Part shown: positions 38,494 through 48,923 of the stretch, piece by piece | Layout of the letters: each line of letters starts with the position of its first letter | Position numbering within the stretch: the stretch's first letter is position 1 | Assembly (NCBI GenBank): GCA_012839865.1 | Contig: DUMO01000063.1 | Span: forward strand, 1 to 64,000 | Origin: Clostridiaceae bacterium | Lineage (GTDB): Bacteria; Bacillota; Clostridia; CAYPLH01; DUMO01 | DNA length: 64,000 nucleotides | Reading direction: 5' to 3' | Position numbers and translations under genes: made by a program | Notes under the pieces: model-generated | What the model was told of the DNA's origin: nothing | The model's input: only the letters and a program-made list of their open reading frames with translations | Database searches by the model: none

Positions 38494-39633
38494 TTATAAT
38501 CGCTTTGAGGGATCGACTATATCTGTAACCCGGACCCCAAAGCTCTCATCAATGACAACAACTTCACCTTTGGCAATGTTTTTGCCGTTAACAAGAATAT
38601 CCACAGGATCACCGGCAAGCTTGTCAAGCTCTATTACCGAGCCCGGACCGTATTCCAGAATATTTTTTATCAGTTTGTGGGTTCTGCCAAGTTCAACTGT
38701 TATTTGCAACGGTACATCCAGTATAAGATCCAGATTCTTTTTTTCCAAATTTAATTTTGCTTCCTCATCAAAAGACTGGAATTTTGCCGGTTGCACACTA
38801 ACCAGATCTTTGGGCGTTTGCAAATCGTTTGCCGTGTCTTTGCGGGTGGTATAGGCAGAATTACTTTCCGGTCCTTTATCTTGTGCAAAGGAAATATTGT
38901 TTGAAGCTTTTTCAATGCCTGCAGGTTTTTTTCCTCCGTTACCGGCTCCGGTGGCAGAAGAACTGCTTTCCTTCTGCTTTTCAAATTCCAAAAGTGTTCG
39001 TGCAAAAGATACTGGAGCCAGATGCAGCAAATAATCCTTGCATATATTATCAATTGCCATTTCACAGGAAATGACTATGAACTCATCGGAATCAATAAAA
39101 TCCTTTCCAGTTTCACTGTTTATGTAGCTTTCAACAACATTTGGAGGAGCAATGCTTACACTTTTATTTATTGATGAAGATAATGAGGTCACATAGGAAC
39201 CGGCTGCCTGGTTCATGATTTCACCTATTACTCCAAGATCAAATTCACTTAAAGCGTCACCCGAATCAAAGTCGTTTTCACCTGTCATTGACCTTATTAT
39301 CTGTCTGGCTGCCTCACTTCTGATAATGAAAACATTTCTGCAGGAAAAGCTTCCACCAAGGTCAAACACTATAACCGTATTGTTTGAGCCATATTTTTCA
39401 GACATTTCCTCCCAGGTTGATGCTTGAAGATTTTCAACAACCATTGAAACATTCTGTCCTAATATTGTTGTCAGGGCCGCTGCAAAAGACTGCATTCCCA
39501 TATTCTCTTTTGATATAAGAACTTCCGTTTCATGCTGATTAAAAATGCTCTGTTTAGTATCAGAATCTGCTTCATGAAGAGGTGCCCCGCTGAGCAAGGC
39601 ATCTATTTCCGCCTGCGACAACATGTCTCCCAT
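38494..39633 (-). CDS. fliY: Flagellar motor switch phosphatase FliY (CheC-like plus FliN/SpoA domains)
   Basis: LSQAEIDALL, GEIMNQ, C-terminal LDVPLQITVELG...GEVVVIDESFGVRV. Confidence 0.9.
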   Translation of the reverse strand: MGDMLSQAEIDALLSGAPLHEADSDTKQSIFNQHETEVLISKENMGMQSFAAALTTILGQNVSMVVENLQASTWEEMSEKYGSNNTVIVFDLGGSFSCRNVFIIRSEAARQIIRSMTGENDFDSGDALSEFDLGVIGEIMNQAAGSYVTSLSSSINKSVSIAPPNVVESYINSETGKDFIDSDEFIVISCEMAIDNICKDYLLHLAPVSFARTLLEFEKQKESSSSATGAGNGGKKPAGIEKASNNISFAQDKGPESNSAYTTRKDTANDLQTPKDLVSVQPAKFQSFDEEAKLNLEKKNLDLILDVPLQITVELGRTHKLIKNILEYGPGSVIELDKLAGDPVDILVNGKNIAKGEVVVIDESFGVRVTDIVDPSKRL

Positions 39634-40626
39634 TTATGTTTCCTCCTCTCTTATTACATCGCTAATTTTTATTGCAACCCGGTTCTTCTTGATACCTGGT
39701 TTGCCATAAAATTTCAGTATATTTCCAACCATAACCTTTACATGTCCGTTTATCCCGGTATCCAAAGGTATCACATCTCCTTTTTGCAGAGACAGGAAAT
39801 CCCTGATTGTTATTTCATTCGACCCCAAAACAGCTTTAATTGCAACTTCGGTACTCTCAATTCTTTTTGCCAGTGTCTGTTTTGTTTCTTCTGTAATCTC
39901 CTTTTCAATAGCGGAAAACCAGATTTTTGTGCTAAGCTTTGGCACGATAGGTTCCAAAACCATATGGGGAAGGCAAAGATTCATCATGCCTTCGACATCA
40001 CCGATTTTTACACTCAATGTTACAATAGCAACCATTTCATTCGGGTTGATAAGCTGTGCAAATTGAGCATTGTTGTCAATCCTGTCCAATCTGGGTCGAA
40101 TGGTTATAATACTCTCCCATGGTTCCCTCAAGAGATTTGTCAACTGGACAATTACCCTCTCGATAATAGCCATCTCAATCTCAGAGAAACCACGCATTTT
40201 TTCAATAAGGGTGCCTTTACCTCCAAGTATCCTGTCAATAATTGTAAAAGCTAATGATGGCGAAATATCCAGCAAAATTGAGCCATTAAGTGGATTAAAG
40301 TCAATAACTCCCAGTATTACCGCAGAAGATACGGAAATGGAGTTTGTAAAATCAGAATACGGCAAGGATTCGACAGTTGCAATTTCGACCTGCACCGCTG
40401 TTCTTAAATATCCCGTTAGATAATTGGTAACAAGCCGGGCATAATTTTCATGTATGTAACTTAAGGTCCTTAAATGGTCTTTTGCAAACTTGGTGGGCCT
40501 TAGAAAATTATGTACTCTGATTTTCTTTTCTTCCTTGGCTGTTTTCATTTCTTCGATATTAAGTTCACCGGTGCCAAGGGCTTTTAAAAGTTCGTCAATT
40601 TCGCGTTGTGAGAGTATATCCCCCAA
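39634..40626 (-). CDS. fliM: Flagellar motor switch protein
   Basis: LSQREIDELL, FLRPTKFAKDH, IIDRILGG, GMMNLCLP. Confidence 0.96.
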   Translation of the reverse strand: MGDILSQREIDELLKALGTGELNIEEMKTAKEEKKIRVHNFLRPTKFAKDHLRTLSYIHENYARLVTNYLTGYLRTAVQVEIATVESLPYSDFTNSISVSSAVILGVIDFNPLNGSILLDISPSLAFTIIDRILGGKGTLIEKMRGFSEIEMAIIERVIVQLTNLLREPWESIITIRPRLDRIDNNAQFAQLINPNEMVAIVTLSVKIGDVEGMMNLCLPHMVLEPIVPKLSTKIWFSAIEKEITEETKQTLAKRIESTEVAIKAVLGSNEITIRDFLSLQKGDVIPLDTGINGHVKVMVGNILKFYGKPGIKKNRVAIKISDVIREEET

Positions 40627-40650
40627 CCTGCTTCCTCCCTTGCTAAGAAA

Positions 40651-41160
40651 TTATTGATAGAACCATTCTTCAAACACAATCGTGTAAACAATCTTCTTGT
40701 TTTCTTTTTCATTTAAAGAAAGAAGCTCGTTAATCTGAGTGGTCAACTCCTGTTTGGCTTTTTGCTTTGCGTCCTCAGCCATAACATCGTCCAGAGTCTT
40801 GTTTTGAAAATATGTACCTACCAATTCTTTAATAGTTCCTTTATGTAAATCCAGTTTTGCGTCGACATCCTTAATTCCTTTTACCTTTTTGAAATATTGA
40901 ATTTCAACGCCGACTTTGATAATATGCATACCTCCACTCTGTGCATTTTTTAAATTGAAAATCTGGTCTTCAAACAAGCTCATTTTTGAAAGTTCATTAT
41001 CTGAAGGAGGCGGAGTCTCCAAATTCACAGACTGTATATTATCTCCTGCTTTTGGATTATCGGCAATGGTAAAAATATATCCTATTGATATGGCTAATGC
41101 AATTGATAATATTGCAATAACAAGAACAAGTATTGTTATCAGGCTTCTCTTGTTTTCCAT
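40651..41160 (-). CDS. fliL: Flagellar basal body-associated protein
   Basis: Single N-terminal TM helix, QIFNLKN, and position before fliM. Confidence 0.85.
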   Translation of the reverse strand: MENKRSLITILVLVIAILSIALAISIGYIFTIADNPKAGDNIQSVNLETPPPSDNELSKMSLFEDQIFNLKNAQSGGMHIIKVGVEIQYFKKVKGIKDVDAKLDLHKGTIKELVGTYFQNKTLDDVMAEDAKQKAKQELTTQINELLSLNEKENKKIVYTIVFEEWFYQ

Positions 41161-41340
41161 CAGAATAACCCTTTCCTAAGTTACTAAAAAAATTTTCTAC
41201 TGCAGCCTGCGGGACATTTTTATAAAAAATTACGCATTGTGTATAATCTTAAGAAAGTGTACTAAAGTACTCTTGTACCCCTGCAGTTTAACGGGCAACT
41301 ACATATTCTTACAAGGTTACGAAAAATATGTAATTCTTTG

Positions 41341-41523
41341 TCATAGATAAATTTTCCTTTTATATTGTATCATTTTTTCTAATATTTCATCAATACTTTC
41401 CTTAACGACATACTTCCTGCCATTTAACAGAGATATAACCGTATCCGGCGTCTCTTCAACGGTTTCAATTAAATCGCAGTTTAAAACAAACTCTAAACCA
41501 TTCAACTTTGTTAATCTTATCAT
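41341..41523 (-). CDS. flbD: Flagellar protein FlbD
   Basis: MIRLTKLNGLEFVLNCDLIETVEETPDTVISLLNGRKYVVKES. Confidence 0.93.
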   Translation of the reverse strand: MIRLTKLNGLEFVLNCDLIETVEETPDTVISLLNGRKYVVKESIDEILEKMIQYKRKIYL

Positions 41524-41734
41524 AATATTAATACTCCAAAAATTCAATGTTTTCCTGCTATATTCTGCATTTTTTTACATGTTGGGAACTTTACAGGCAG
41601 AAATTAAGCCAGGTGCTTCATATAGCACGTTTCAGGAATCCAGCAATTTTTGTCGGAAAAAAATTAATTAATCGGATACCTTGTTCTTGCTTCGACTGAA
41701 TCTGCCATATCCAATTTATGTATCTGATTTGTTA

Positions 41735-41771
41735 ATTGGGGTGCATGGCAAAGCGGATGCCGCACCCCAAT
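41735..41771. other. GC-rich stem-loop downstream of flgE
   Basis: ATTGGGGTGC...GCACCCCAAT with an inner GGCA/TGCC pairing. Confidence 0.5.
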
Positions 41772-41814
41772 CCAAACCGGATAAGCGCAAAAGGACTCCC
41801 GGGTTCTTTAATCA

Positions 41815-43212
41815 TTATCTCCTTATGTTAACCATTTCCTGAAGCATTTCGTCTGTAGCCGTTACTATCCTGCTGTTGGCCTGGAATCCTCTCTGGGTGA
41901 CAATCATATCAATAAACTCCTGAGACAGGTCAACATTTGACATTTCCAAAGTGCCTGGATTTAAACGGCCTGCATCTTCCGTCCCCGGCTGTATGCCTCT
42001 TCTGAACTCACCAGAGTTTGCAGTCGGTTCAAACAGGTTGTTGCCTACCTTTGCCAGACCTGACGGGTTGTCAAAAACAGCCAGTCCGATCATGCCAAGG
42101 GGTTGCTGTTGGCCGTTACTGTAAATGCCCATGATTATTCCATCCTGGCTGATTGAATATGAAGTCATGGAACCTGCGGGATAGCCGTCCCTGCTAATGG
42201 GTTTTACAGAGCTTACCGTGGCAAACATGCTCAAAGATTTAAAATCCAGTTTTATTTCAAAAGGTTTGGAACCTGATGCCACTCCTGAATCAATTCGAAT
42301 GGTTGGAGTTACTGTGTAACCATCTATTGGTGTGCTTGTGGGATCCACGAATAAAATATTTCCTTCATCATCAAACAATAATTCACCTTCGGCTGACGGT
42401 AAATCCAGTACATCGGAGTTGTTTACATCCCCCACCGCTCTCCAGTGCCATTGAGTGGCTATTTTGTTTACTGTATTTCCTGATTCATCAGTAATTGTAT
42501 AACTCTCAGATGGGCCTCTCCAAAAACAGATGTTTACTTTGTACTCTTTGCCGATAGGACTGTAAACAGTCACAGGTGTAATATAATGGGCATTATCTAT
42601 GGTTCTGTCCGCTTCAGGAATCGGCAGGGAATTTGCACTTAAATTTCCTGCAAACGTTGCCTGGGTGGTTGCCTGAGCCCGAATCAAGCGTTTGTTTCCG
42701 TTTATGCTGTCGTTGTATATGTTTATTGATTCAAGCTGGTTAATGGTATTGAATATATATTCCCCCTTGTCGGAAATTGTGTATTCCAGCCATCCGCAAA
42801 CTGCCATTCCGTTTCCGGTTACAAGGTTGCCCAATTCGTCAACTCTGAAATTTCCTGCCCTTGTAAATTTGTATGGATCGGAGCTGGATTCCCTCACAAC
42901 GAAAAACCCTTCGCCTTCAATGGACAGGTCTGTAATAACGTCCGTTCTTTGTACAGTTCCTCTTGCCATGTTTGTATCTATGGAAGAGACCTCAATACCC
43001 AACCCGATCTGCATAGGGTTGGTACCACCTCTTCCGGTGTTTGCATCAGGCGCAGACGGGGCTTTTATAGTTTGGCTGAAAATTTCCCTGAAAGTTACAC
43101 GTCCTGCTTTGTATCCAATGGTATTTACATTTGCAATATTGTTACCTATTACGTCCATCTTTGTCTGGTGGGATCTTAATCCTGATACCACCGAAAACAT
43201 TGATCTCATCAT
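41815..43212 (-). CDS. flgE: Flagellar hook protein
   Basis: VSGLRSHQTKMDVIGNNIANVNTIGYK, TRAGNF, LEMSNVDLSQEFIDMIVTQRGFQAN. Confidence 0.95.
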   Translation of the reverse strand: MMRSMFSVVSGLRSHQTKMDVIGNNIANVNTIGYKAGRVTFREIFSQTIKAPSAPDANTGRGGTNPMQIGLGIEVSSIDTNMARGTVQRTDVITDLSIEGEGFFVVRESSSDPYKFTRAGNFRVDELGNLVTGNGMAVCGWLEYTISDKGEYIFNTINQLESINIYNDSINGNKRLIRAQATTQATFAGNLSANSLPIPEADRTIDNAHYITPVTVYSPIGKEYKVNICFWRGPSESYTITDESGNTVNKIATQWHWRAVGDVNNSDVLDLPSAEGELLFDDEGNILFVDPTSTPIDGYTVTPTIRIDSGVASGSKPFEIKLDFKSLSMFATVSSVKPISRDGYPAGSMTSYSISQDGIIMGIYSNGQQQPLGMIGLAVFDNPSGLAKVGNNLFEPTANSGEFRRGIQPGTEDAGRLNPGTLEMSNVDLSQEFIDMIVTQRGFQANSRIVTATDEMLQEMVNIRR

Positions 43213-43303
43213 AATAAATGACCTCCTTTGATAGCTTGTCTTCTGTTCCGTCCGTCATTCAGGAACAGACAGCCTCCTTAAAAAGGTCCGGCTGCATATC
43301 TTA

Positions 43304-43696
43304 CTAAATTATTACTGCACCATCAATATTTGTAAAAACATTTTCCCTAAGCTCATTGCTGTCAACTGCCGTTATAACGGTTCTGTTGCTCACATTTACG
43401 ACAAATGCCATGTTGTTCATCAGTACCAGTGAATCTTTTACTCCCTTTTTTTCAGCTTTCAAAACTGCATTGTCAAGCTTTGCCCTGTCATCCTCCGTAA
43501 GCTTGATGTTTCTTGACTTAAGCCTCATTTCCGCGTGCTTTGAAAACTTTACCTGTCTTCCCTGTTGGAGCTTTTCGTCAAGAATCTGGGAAAATTCACT
43601 GTCCTTTACAACGCTGGCCGGTTGCCGGTATACCGGTTGTCCACCCTGCACCTTGCCTATTTGGGGATTGTGAAAAAATTTGTTATTGATAATCAT
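43304..43696 (-). CDS. Putative flagellar operon protein (TIGR02530 family)
   Basis: VKFSKHAEMRLKSRNI, KGVKDSLVL, VSNRTVITA, VFTNIDGAVII. Confidence 0.9.
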   Translation of the reverse strand: MIINNKFFHNPQIGKVQGGQPVYRQPASVVKDSEFSQILDEKLQQGRQVKFSKHAEMRLKSRNIKLTEDDRAKLDNAVLKAEKKGVKDSLVLMNNMAFVVNVSNRTVITAVDSNELRENVFTNIDGAVII

Positions 43697-43701
43697 AACC
43701 T

Positions 43702-44538
43702 TCACATCTCCTCCGCAAGCTTTGTTATACTATCTACCGGAACACGGACGCCATCAAGGATGACTTTGAAAGCACCGTCCTCCCCTGCCTCATAAGAGTT
43801 TAAAACAGCATAGACTTCAACTGCAGTATCCTGTCCTGGTTTCCTAATCTTCAAAGCGACTTCATTATTGATGTTGTTCAGAAGATACGCTTCTATATCT
43901 TCAGAGGTTGTGTAGGGTATCCCTGAAATAATCTCGCAAAGCTCCGCATCAACCCCGTCTATTATTGCAAAATCCCCAAAATAATCTTTTTCAACTGACC
44001 TTACCGTACCTGTCACAGTTAACAGGGAATCACTTTCATCAGACCCCAGATAACCCGTTGCCAATAGACCTATCAGGCTGGCATAGGGCAATATGTTGCC
44101 TTTATTTTCCTTCAAAACAGCATCGCTTACACTTGTTACTTCATCTACCGAAACCATTACTCCGTTAACCTCCAGATAAGTGTTTCCGTTTATTATTCTG
44201 GCGTTGTCAACAATTCCTTCGATGAATTCTGTATCGGTAGATTCACTGCCCGGCTTGCTGGCTGTTATGTATTTCCCTACCATGCTTAATGCTTTCATTG
44301 TTGAAAAAGTTGAGTTCAGGTTCTGCATTTGCTCCAGGGCACTGAATTGAGCCATCTGGGCAATAAACTCCTTGTCATCCATGGGACTTAACGGATCCTG
44401 GTATTTAAGCTGGGTAACCAGCAGCTTTAAAAAATCGTCTTTCCCCAACTCACCGATGTTTCTGCTGCTGTTGGTTTTTGGTACGGCATCAGTTGCTTCA
44501 TTATTGTTTTGAATATTGACTACACTTCCGACGGACAT
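43702..44538 (-). CDS. flgD: Flagellar hook capping protein
   Basis: LGKDDFLKLLVTQLKYQDPLSPMDDKEFIAQMAQFSALEQMQNLN. Confidence 0.95.
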   Translation of the reverse strand: MSVGSVVNIQNNNEATDAVPKTNSSRNIGELGKDDFLKLLVTQLKYQDPLSPMDDKEFIAQMAQFSALEQMQNLNSTFSTMKALSMVGKYITASKPGSESTDTEFIEGIVDNARIINGNTYLEVNGVMVSVDEVTSVSDAVLKENKGNILPYASLIGLLATGYLGSDESDSLLTVTGTVRSVEKDYFGDFAIIDGVDAELCEIISGIPYTTSEDIEAYLLNNINNEVALKIRKPGQDTAVEVYAVLNSYEAGEDGAFKVILDGVRVPVDSITKLAEEM

Positions 44539-44561
44539 AACGCACCTCCTTTTTCATTAAA

Positions 44562-46184
44562 TTATACGGTAAGATTAATTCTGCTTCCGGTATAATCTTC
44601 ATATCCCATGCTTAAAGCTGCAATTGCATCCATGCTGTAACCAAAATCAAAATTGCTTTTTACTGCATGGGTGCCAATACGGCCAAACAGTTTCCGCTCC
44701 TCCGCATCATGCTTGCCGCTTTCGCCATCCCTTCCCTGACCTACCGAAACAGAACATTCCTGTACATTGAACCCCTGCTTTTGCAATGCGTCTTTCAAAA
44801 GCTGCATGTTTGATTCAAGAATGGATTTGACCTGTTCATTTTCAGCTACAAACTGGGCTGCAACAATTCCACGTTCTGTCACTACCTTCAGAGTCATTTT
44901 CCCAAGGTAATCCGGTTTTAAATCCATGACAATCTCCTGCTTGTCTCCATCAAGCAAAACCTTTGCCTTTTCGACAATTTGAAGTATAAACTCTTCCTTC
45001 TTTACTGCATTGTCATGGTTCAATGCAACCTCGGCAGGTTGAATCTCTGTTTTTAAAACTACTTCAGAAAAACTTATGCTATTGTCACCTTCAATGTTTT
45101 CTTCCGCGACAACACCCTTCTTAGCCAAAATATCATCATCCTTGAGAAATTCGAAAAAGCTGCCATCCTTTTTGGTTTCTTTTTCAACCTTGGGTAAGTC
45201 TTCCTTGAACATCGAAAAGACCGGTTTTTCAAAAAGGAGATCATCTTCGGTGATTTCCATGTCTCTGTCTTTATTTTCCATTTTCATGCCGGGAACCTTT
45301 TGAGCGGAAAGAATTACTTTTTCACTGAACTCACCGGTTTTTTGGACCTCCAGACCTATTAAATCCGTATTCTCATGTTCTTTTGCTGCGTCAAAGGTTT
45401 CCGGTTTTTCACCCAAAATGTCTGCCGGAACATCAGAAGGGATTTCTGCTTCTTCATTTTGCAAAAACTCAATGGCAAAAGCCTTCTCCTCATACACAGC
45501 ATTTTTTAAGTTCATTGCGGCATCAATTGTAAAATTTTCAGGTTTTATGAAGCTGTGCTCCGGAATAGTGTCAACCCGTTCTTTTACATAAGACTTAATG
45601 AATTCCATAAGTTCATCGGCTTTTGCAAATCCGGTATCTAAACCGGGAATTTCTTTGAGGGCTGTTTCTACTGCATTGTTCAGCAACTTGTCAAATTCTT
45701 CAGCATCAATACCCTCAAAAGCTTTCAGCGTATTTATGATGCTTGCCAGGAGTTCTTGCGGAAAATATGCCATTTCTCCGGCAGGAAGAATTTCATCTTC
45801 TTCAAAATCCTGCAGGGTTTCCTTTTTTTTGTTCTGACTCAAAACTTCAGTTTTTGCTGCTTTACTTTCTTTTTCCAAAACTTTCCCTTCAGCTTCCACA
45901 CTGCTTTTATTTGTCTTTGAAAGTTGTTTTTCCTCATTTTGAAGATTTTCAGGAACACTTTCGTTTTTGCATGAAAATCTTTGGGATGTGTCTTTTGCCT
46001 TAAGGACTTTTTTACTTTTTTCATTGACGTTGCTTTTATCTATTGAAGTGATTTCCCTTCGGAAAAAGCTTAAAAAATCCTCCCCTGTAGGGTTGTTGCC
46101 GGCCTTTTTGCTGCATACTCCCTCAAAAAGCCCGGGAAAACAGGTCTTGCCCACACTTTTCTCTATCGTCTGCACTCTGTTCAC
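44562..46184 (-). CDS. fliK: Flagellar hook-length control protein
   Basis: Long acidic low-complexity N-terminus; C-terminal MDLKPDYLGKMTL...LESNMQLLKDALQKQG. Confidence 0.9.
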   Translation of the reverse strand: MNRVQTIEKSVGKTCFPGLFEGVCSKKAGNNPTGEDFLSFFRREITSIDKSNVNEKSKKVLKAKDTSQRFSCKNESVPENLQNEEKQLSKTNKSSVEAEGKVLEKESKAAKTEVLSQNKKKETLQDFEEDEILPAGEMAYFPQELLASIINTLKAFEGIDAEEFDKLLNNAVETALKEIPGLDTGFAKADELMEFIKSYVKERVDTIPEHSFIKPENFTIDAAMNLKNAVYEEKAFAIEFLQNEEAEIPSDVPADILGEKPETFDAAKEHENTDLIGLEVQKTGEFSEKVILSAQKVPGMKMENKDRDMEITEDDLLFEKPVFSMFKEDLPKVEKETKKDGSFFEFLKDDDILAKKGVVAEENIEGDNSISFSEVVLKTEIQPAEVALNHDNAVKKEEFILQIVEKAKVLLDGDKQEIVMDLKPDYLGKMTLKVVTERGIVAAQFVAENEQVKSILESNMQLLKDALQKQGFNVQECSVSVGQGRDGESGKHDAEERKLFGRIGTHAVKSNFDFGYSMDAIAALSMGYEDYTGSRINLTV

Positions 46185-46322
46185 CTCCCTCCATGAATAA
46201 TATTTATTATTAAATCAGTGGTATTTGACCACTGTTCGACCCGATGAATCATTATAATTCAAGCTTTACAATCTCGAGGAACTGTTGCCTTTAAAGTGTG
46301 TTCAACTAAGCATGTCCCGATA

Positions 46323-47102
46323 TTATTCCTGCACCACCGTATACATACTTTCCGTTATCAGGGACGCCAGATTCCTATCCAGCAGGGCAATAATCCCTGC
46401 AGCATCCTTTGTATCCATAAAGCTTAATATACTTACAATAAGGTCTATTTTTTCAGAACCCATTTCGTTAAGTATTGATGCAGCAGATCCTACATCCATC
46501 TCGGCATATATGCCCGCTATTTTTTCCAACTCTTTGGATGCTTCCTGCCTTTTCACAATGCCGGCATACAATTCTGCCGCCTTTTCAGGATTTATCTCTT
46601 CATAAAAATCCCTGAACCCGGTATCATCTTCCTGTGCAACCTTTGTTTGAAAATCCGCAATGTCCTTTTCAAGTTGGGCTTTTTTCTTTTCAAACTCAGA
46701 CATGCCGGCTTCTGCTTCATTTTTATAATTTTGAAGTTCCTCTACTTTTTTTTGGGATTCTTCCAATTGGGTTTTAAGATTTTGATTTTCTTTGACGAGC
46801 TCTTCATATTTTTTCCTTACCTCGTTGGCCGGCATGTACCATGGGTCTTCCGGGTTCAAAGGTGCAGGCAGCATCCATGCAAGGGCAGGTTTATCCTGCA
46901 GAACACTTCTGTACTTTTCCGCTAAATTGTTTATATTGTTATGTATCAGTATGTAAAAGGTGCCGCCAATAATAGCAAGGACAACCACCAATATTGAAAT
47001 AAGCGGCAGAATGATTCCAGGCATCTTTTTATCATTTGAGCTGTTTTTTTGCAAATTAACCTTGTTTGGGTTCTTCTGATCTGAGTTCCTGACTTTTGCC
47101 AT
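46323..47102 (-). CDS. MotE/YlxF-like (MgtE N-terminal-like) flagellar operon protein
   Basis: TM helix, coiled coil, then FYEEINPEKAAEL / IYAEMDVGSAASIL repeats; lies between fliJ and fliK. Confidence 0.8.
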   Translation of the reverse strand: MAKVRNSDQKNPNKVNLQKNSSNDKKMPGIILPLISILVVVLAIIGGTFYILIHNNINNLAEKYRSVLQDKPALAWMLPAPLNPEDPWYMPANEVRKKYEELVKENQNLKTQLEESQKKVEELQNYKNEAEAGMSEFEKKKAQLEKDIADFQTKVAQEDDTGFRDFYEEINPEKAAELYAGIVKRQEASKELEKIAGIYAEMDVGSAASILNEMGSEKIDLIVSILSFMDTKDAAGIIALLDRNLASLITESMYTVVQE

Positions 47103-47544
47103 TTTCCCTCTCTACTTGTCTGAAACTTATTATTTCATCAATAATTTTTTGTTCTTTTTTTTCCATCTCTTCGAGAAACTCATGTTGCTTATGCTCTTTA
47201 AGCTTATCATACTTTTTTCTTTCCTTTGTGCAGTCAACAAGCTTCTCTCTTTCTATATCGACATTTCGTGCAGCTTCATTAACTACTTCCTTTTGCATGT
47301 CGATTGAATTTTTGAGGTACTGGAAATAGTTATTAAATACTTTAAGCTCATTTATCGTAATAAGCCCTTTAACCGACTCATTGATTTTATTTGTTAATAA
47401 ATTTTTCTTTTTGAATAGCCCATCCAAAGTATGCTTTTCCAATTCATGAATTTTAATCGACTTGCCCAATTCATTTTTTTGATTGTTTTCCAACTGTATT
47501 TTAAGATTGAGCAACGGTTCGAATTCAAATTTAAAGCCTGACAT
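47056..47544 (-). CDS. fliJ: Flagellar export chaperone
   Basis: MSGFKFEFEPLLNLK...ERKKYDKLKE...EQKIIDE. Confidence 0.9.
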   Translation of the reverse strand: MSGFKFEFEPLLNLKIQLENNQKNELGKSIKIHELEKHTLDGLFKKKNLLTNKINESVKGLITINELKVFNNYFQYLKNSIDMQKEVVNEAARNVDIEREKLVDCTKERKKYDKLKEHKQHEFLEEMEKKEQKIIDEIISFRQVERENGKSQELRSEEPKQG

Positions 47545-47606
47545 GGAAGACCTCCTGAAATATGCTTCTAGTTAAATTCAATTCGGAATGGGAGAAGTAA
47601 AAAAAG

Positions 47607-48923
47607 TTACAATACATTTTTTATCTTCCCGATAACTTCCTCATATGTAAACTTTTCATAGACTCCCTGCTGTATAAAGTCTAAAATACTGTCAATAACT
47701 TTGATTGCCCTGTCCAACTTTTCATTGTTTCCCGGCACATATGCCCCTATATTGATAAGATCCTCGGATTCTCGATAAATTGCCATGTTTCTTTTTATTT
47801 CATTTGCTATTTTTCTATGTTCGGGTGTAATAATTTCGTTCATAAGCCTGCTTATACTGGCCAATACATCAATTGCAGGATACTGGTTCTTGTTTGCAAG
47901 ACTCCTGGAGAGGACAATATGTCCGTCCAATATACCTCTTGCAGTATCCGTTACCGGTTCGGTAAGATCATCTCCGTCCACCAGTACTGTATAAAGACCG
48001 GTGATTGAGCTTATCGAAGAGTTTCCGGTCCGTTCCAGCAATTTTGGCATGGTGGAAAAAACAGACGGTGTATAACCTCTCGATACCGGAGGTTCACCTA
48101 TAGCCAAACCGATTTCTCTTTGGGCCATGGCAAACCTTGTCAAAGAATCCATAAGGAAAAGAACGTCTTTGCCATTGTCCCTGAAATATTCGGCAATGGA
48201 AGTCGCAACAAAAGCTGCTTTCTGCCTTACCAGGGGGGGCTGATCCGAAGTTGCCACCACAACTACCGACCTTTGCAAGCCTTCCTCACAAAGGTCCCTC
48301 TCAATAAACTCTCTTACTTCCCTGCCCCGCTCACCAATAAGTGCTATTACGTTTATGTCAGCCTTTGTATTCCTTGCAATCATTCCTAAAAGAGTGCTTT
48401 TTCCAACACCGCTTCCTGCAAAAATTCCGACCCTCTGTCCCTTTCCAATGGTTAAAAGTCCATCTATGGCCTTTACACCAAGTGGTAAAGGTTCACTTAT
48501 TCTTTTTCTTGTTAATGGGTTTGGGGGGCTGTTATTAACTGAATAGAAAGTTTCCAGATGAAGAGGTCCCTTGCCGTCCATAGGTCTCCCTAATCCATCC
48601 AAAACCCTTCCCAGCAGGCTTTCGCCAACTCCAACCTTCAGGGTGGATCCTGTAGCTGTTACAACGCTGTCAGGTCCTACTCCCTCCATGTCTCCCAATG
48701 GCATAAGCAAAACTTTGCTATCCCTGAAACCAACAACTTCAGCTACAAGCTCTTCATTGGAACGATGTGTTTTGATATGGCAGATTTCTCCTATCTTTAC
48801 CTCAGGACCGCTGGATTCTATGGTAAGTCCCACCACCTTTGTCACCTTGCCTGAATATTCTGCCAATTCGGTGGTGCGGATAAGCTCTTTATATTTTGAT
48901 AAGCTTATATTAAGCACAATCAA
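47607..48923 (-). CDS. fliI: Flagellum-specific ATP synthase
   Basis: GIFAGSGVGKSTLL, LIGERGREV, MDSLTRFAMAQREIGL, ILDGHIVLSR. Confidence 0.97.
   Translation of the reverse strand: MIVLNISLSKYKELIRTTELAEYSGKVTKVVGLTIESSGPEVKIGEICHIKTHRSNEELVAEVVGFRDSKVLLMPLGDMEGVGPDSVVTATGSTLKVGVGESLLGRVLDGLGRPMDGKGPLHLETFYSVNNSPPNPLTRKRISEPLPLGVKAIDGLLTIGKGQRVGIFAGSGVGKSTLLGMIARNTKADINVIALIGERGREVREFIERDLCEEGLQRSVVVVATSDQPPLVRQKAAFVATSIAEYFRDNGKDVLFLMDSLTRFAMAQREIGLAIGEPPVSRGYTPSVFSTMPKLLERTGNSSISSITGLYTVLVDGDDLTEPVTDTARGILDGHIVLSRSLANKNQYPAIDVLASISRLMNEIITPEHRKIANEIKRNMAIYRESEDLINIGAYVPGNNEKLDRAIKVIDSILDFIQQGVYEKFTYEEVIGKIKNVL

Noticed and set aside
41524..41814. Riboswitch between flgE and flbD
   Set aside because: Only a single hairpin; no c-di-GMP (GEMM) or other aptamer consensus on the sense strand.
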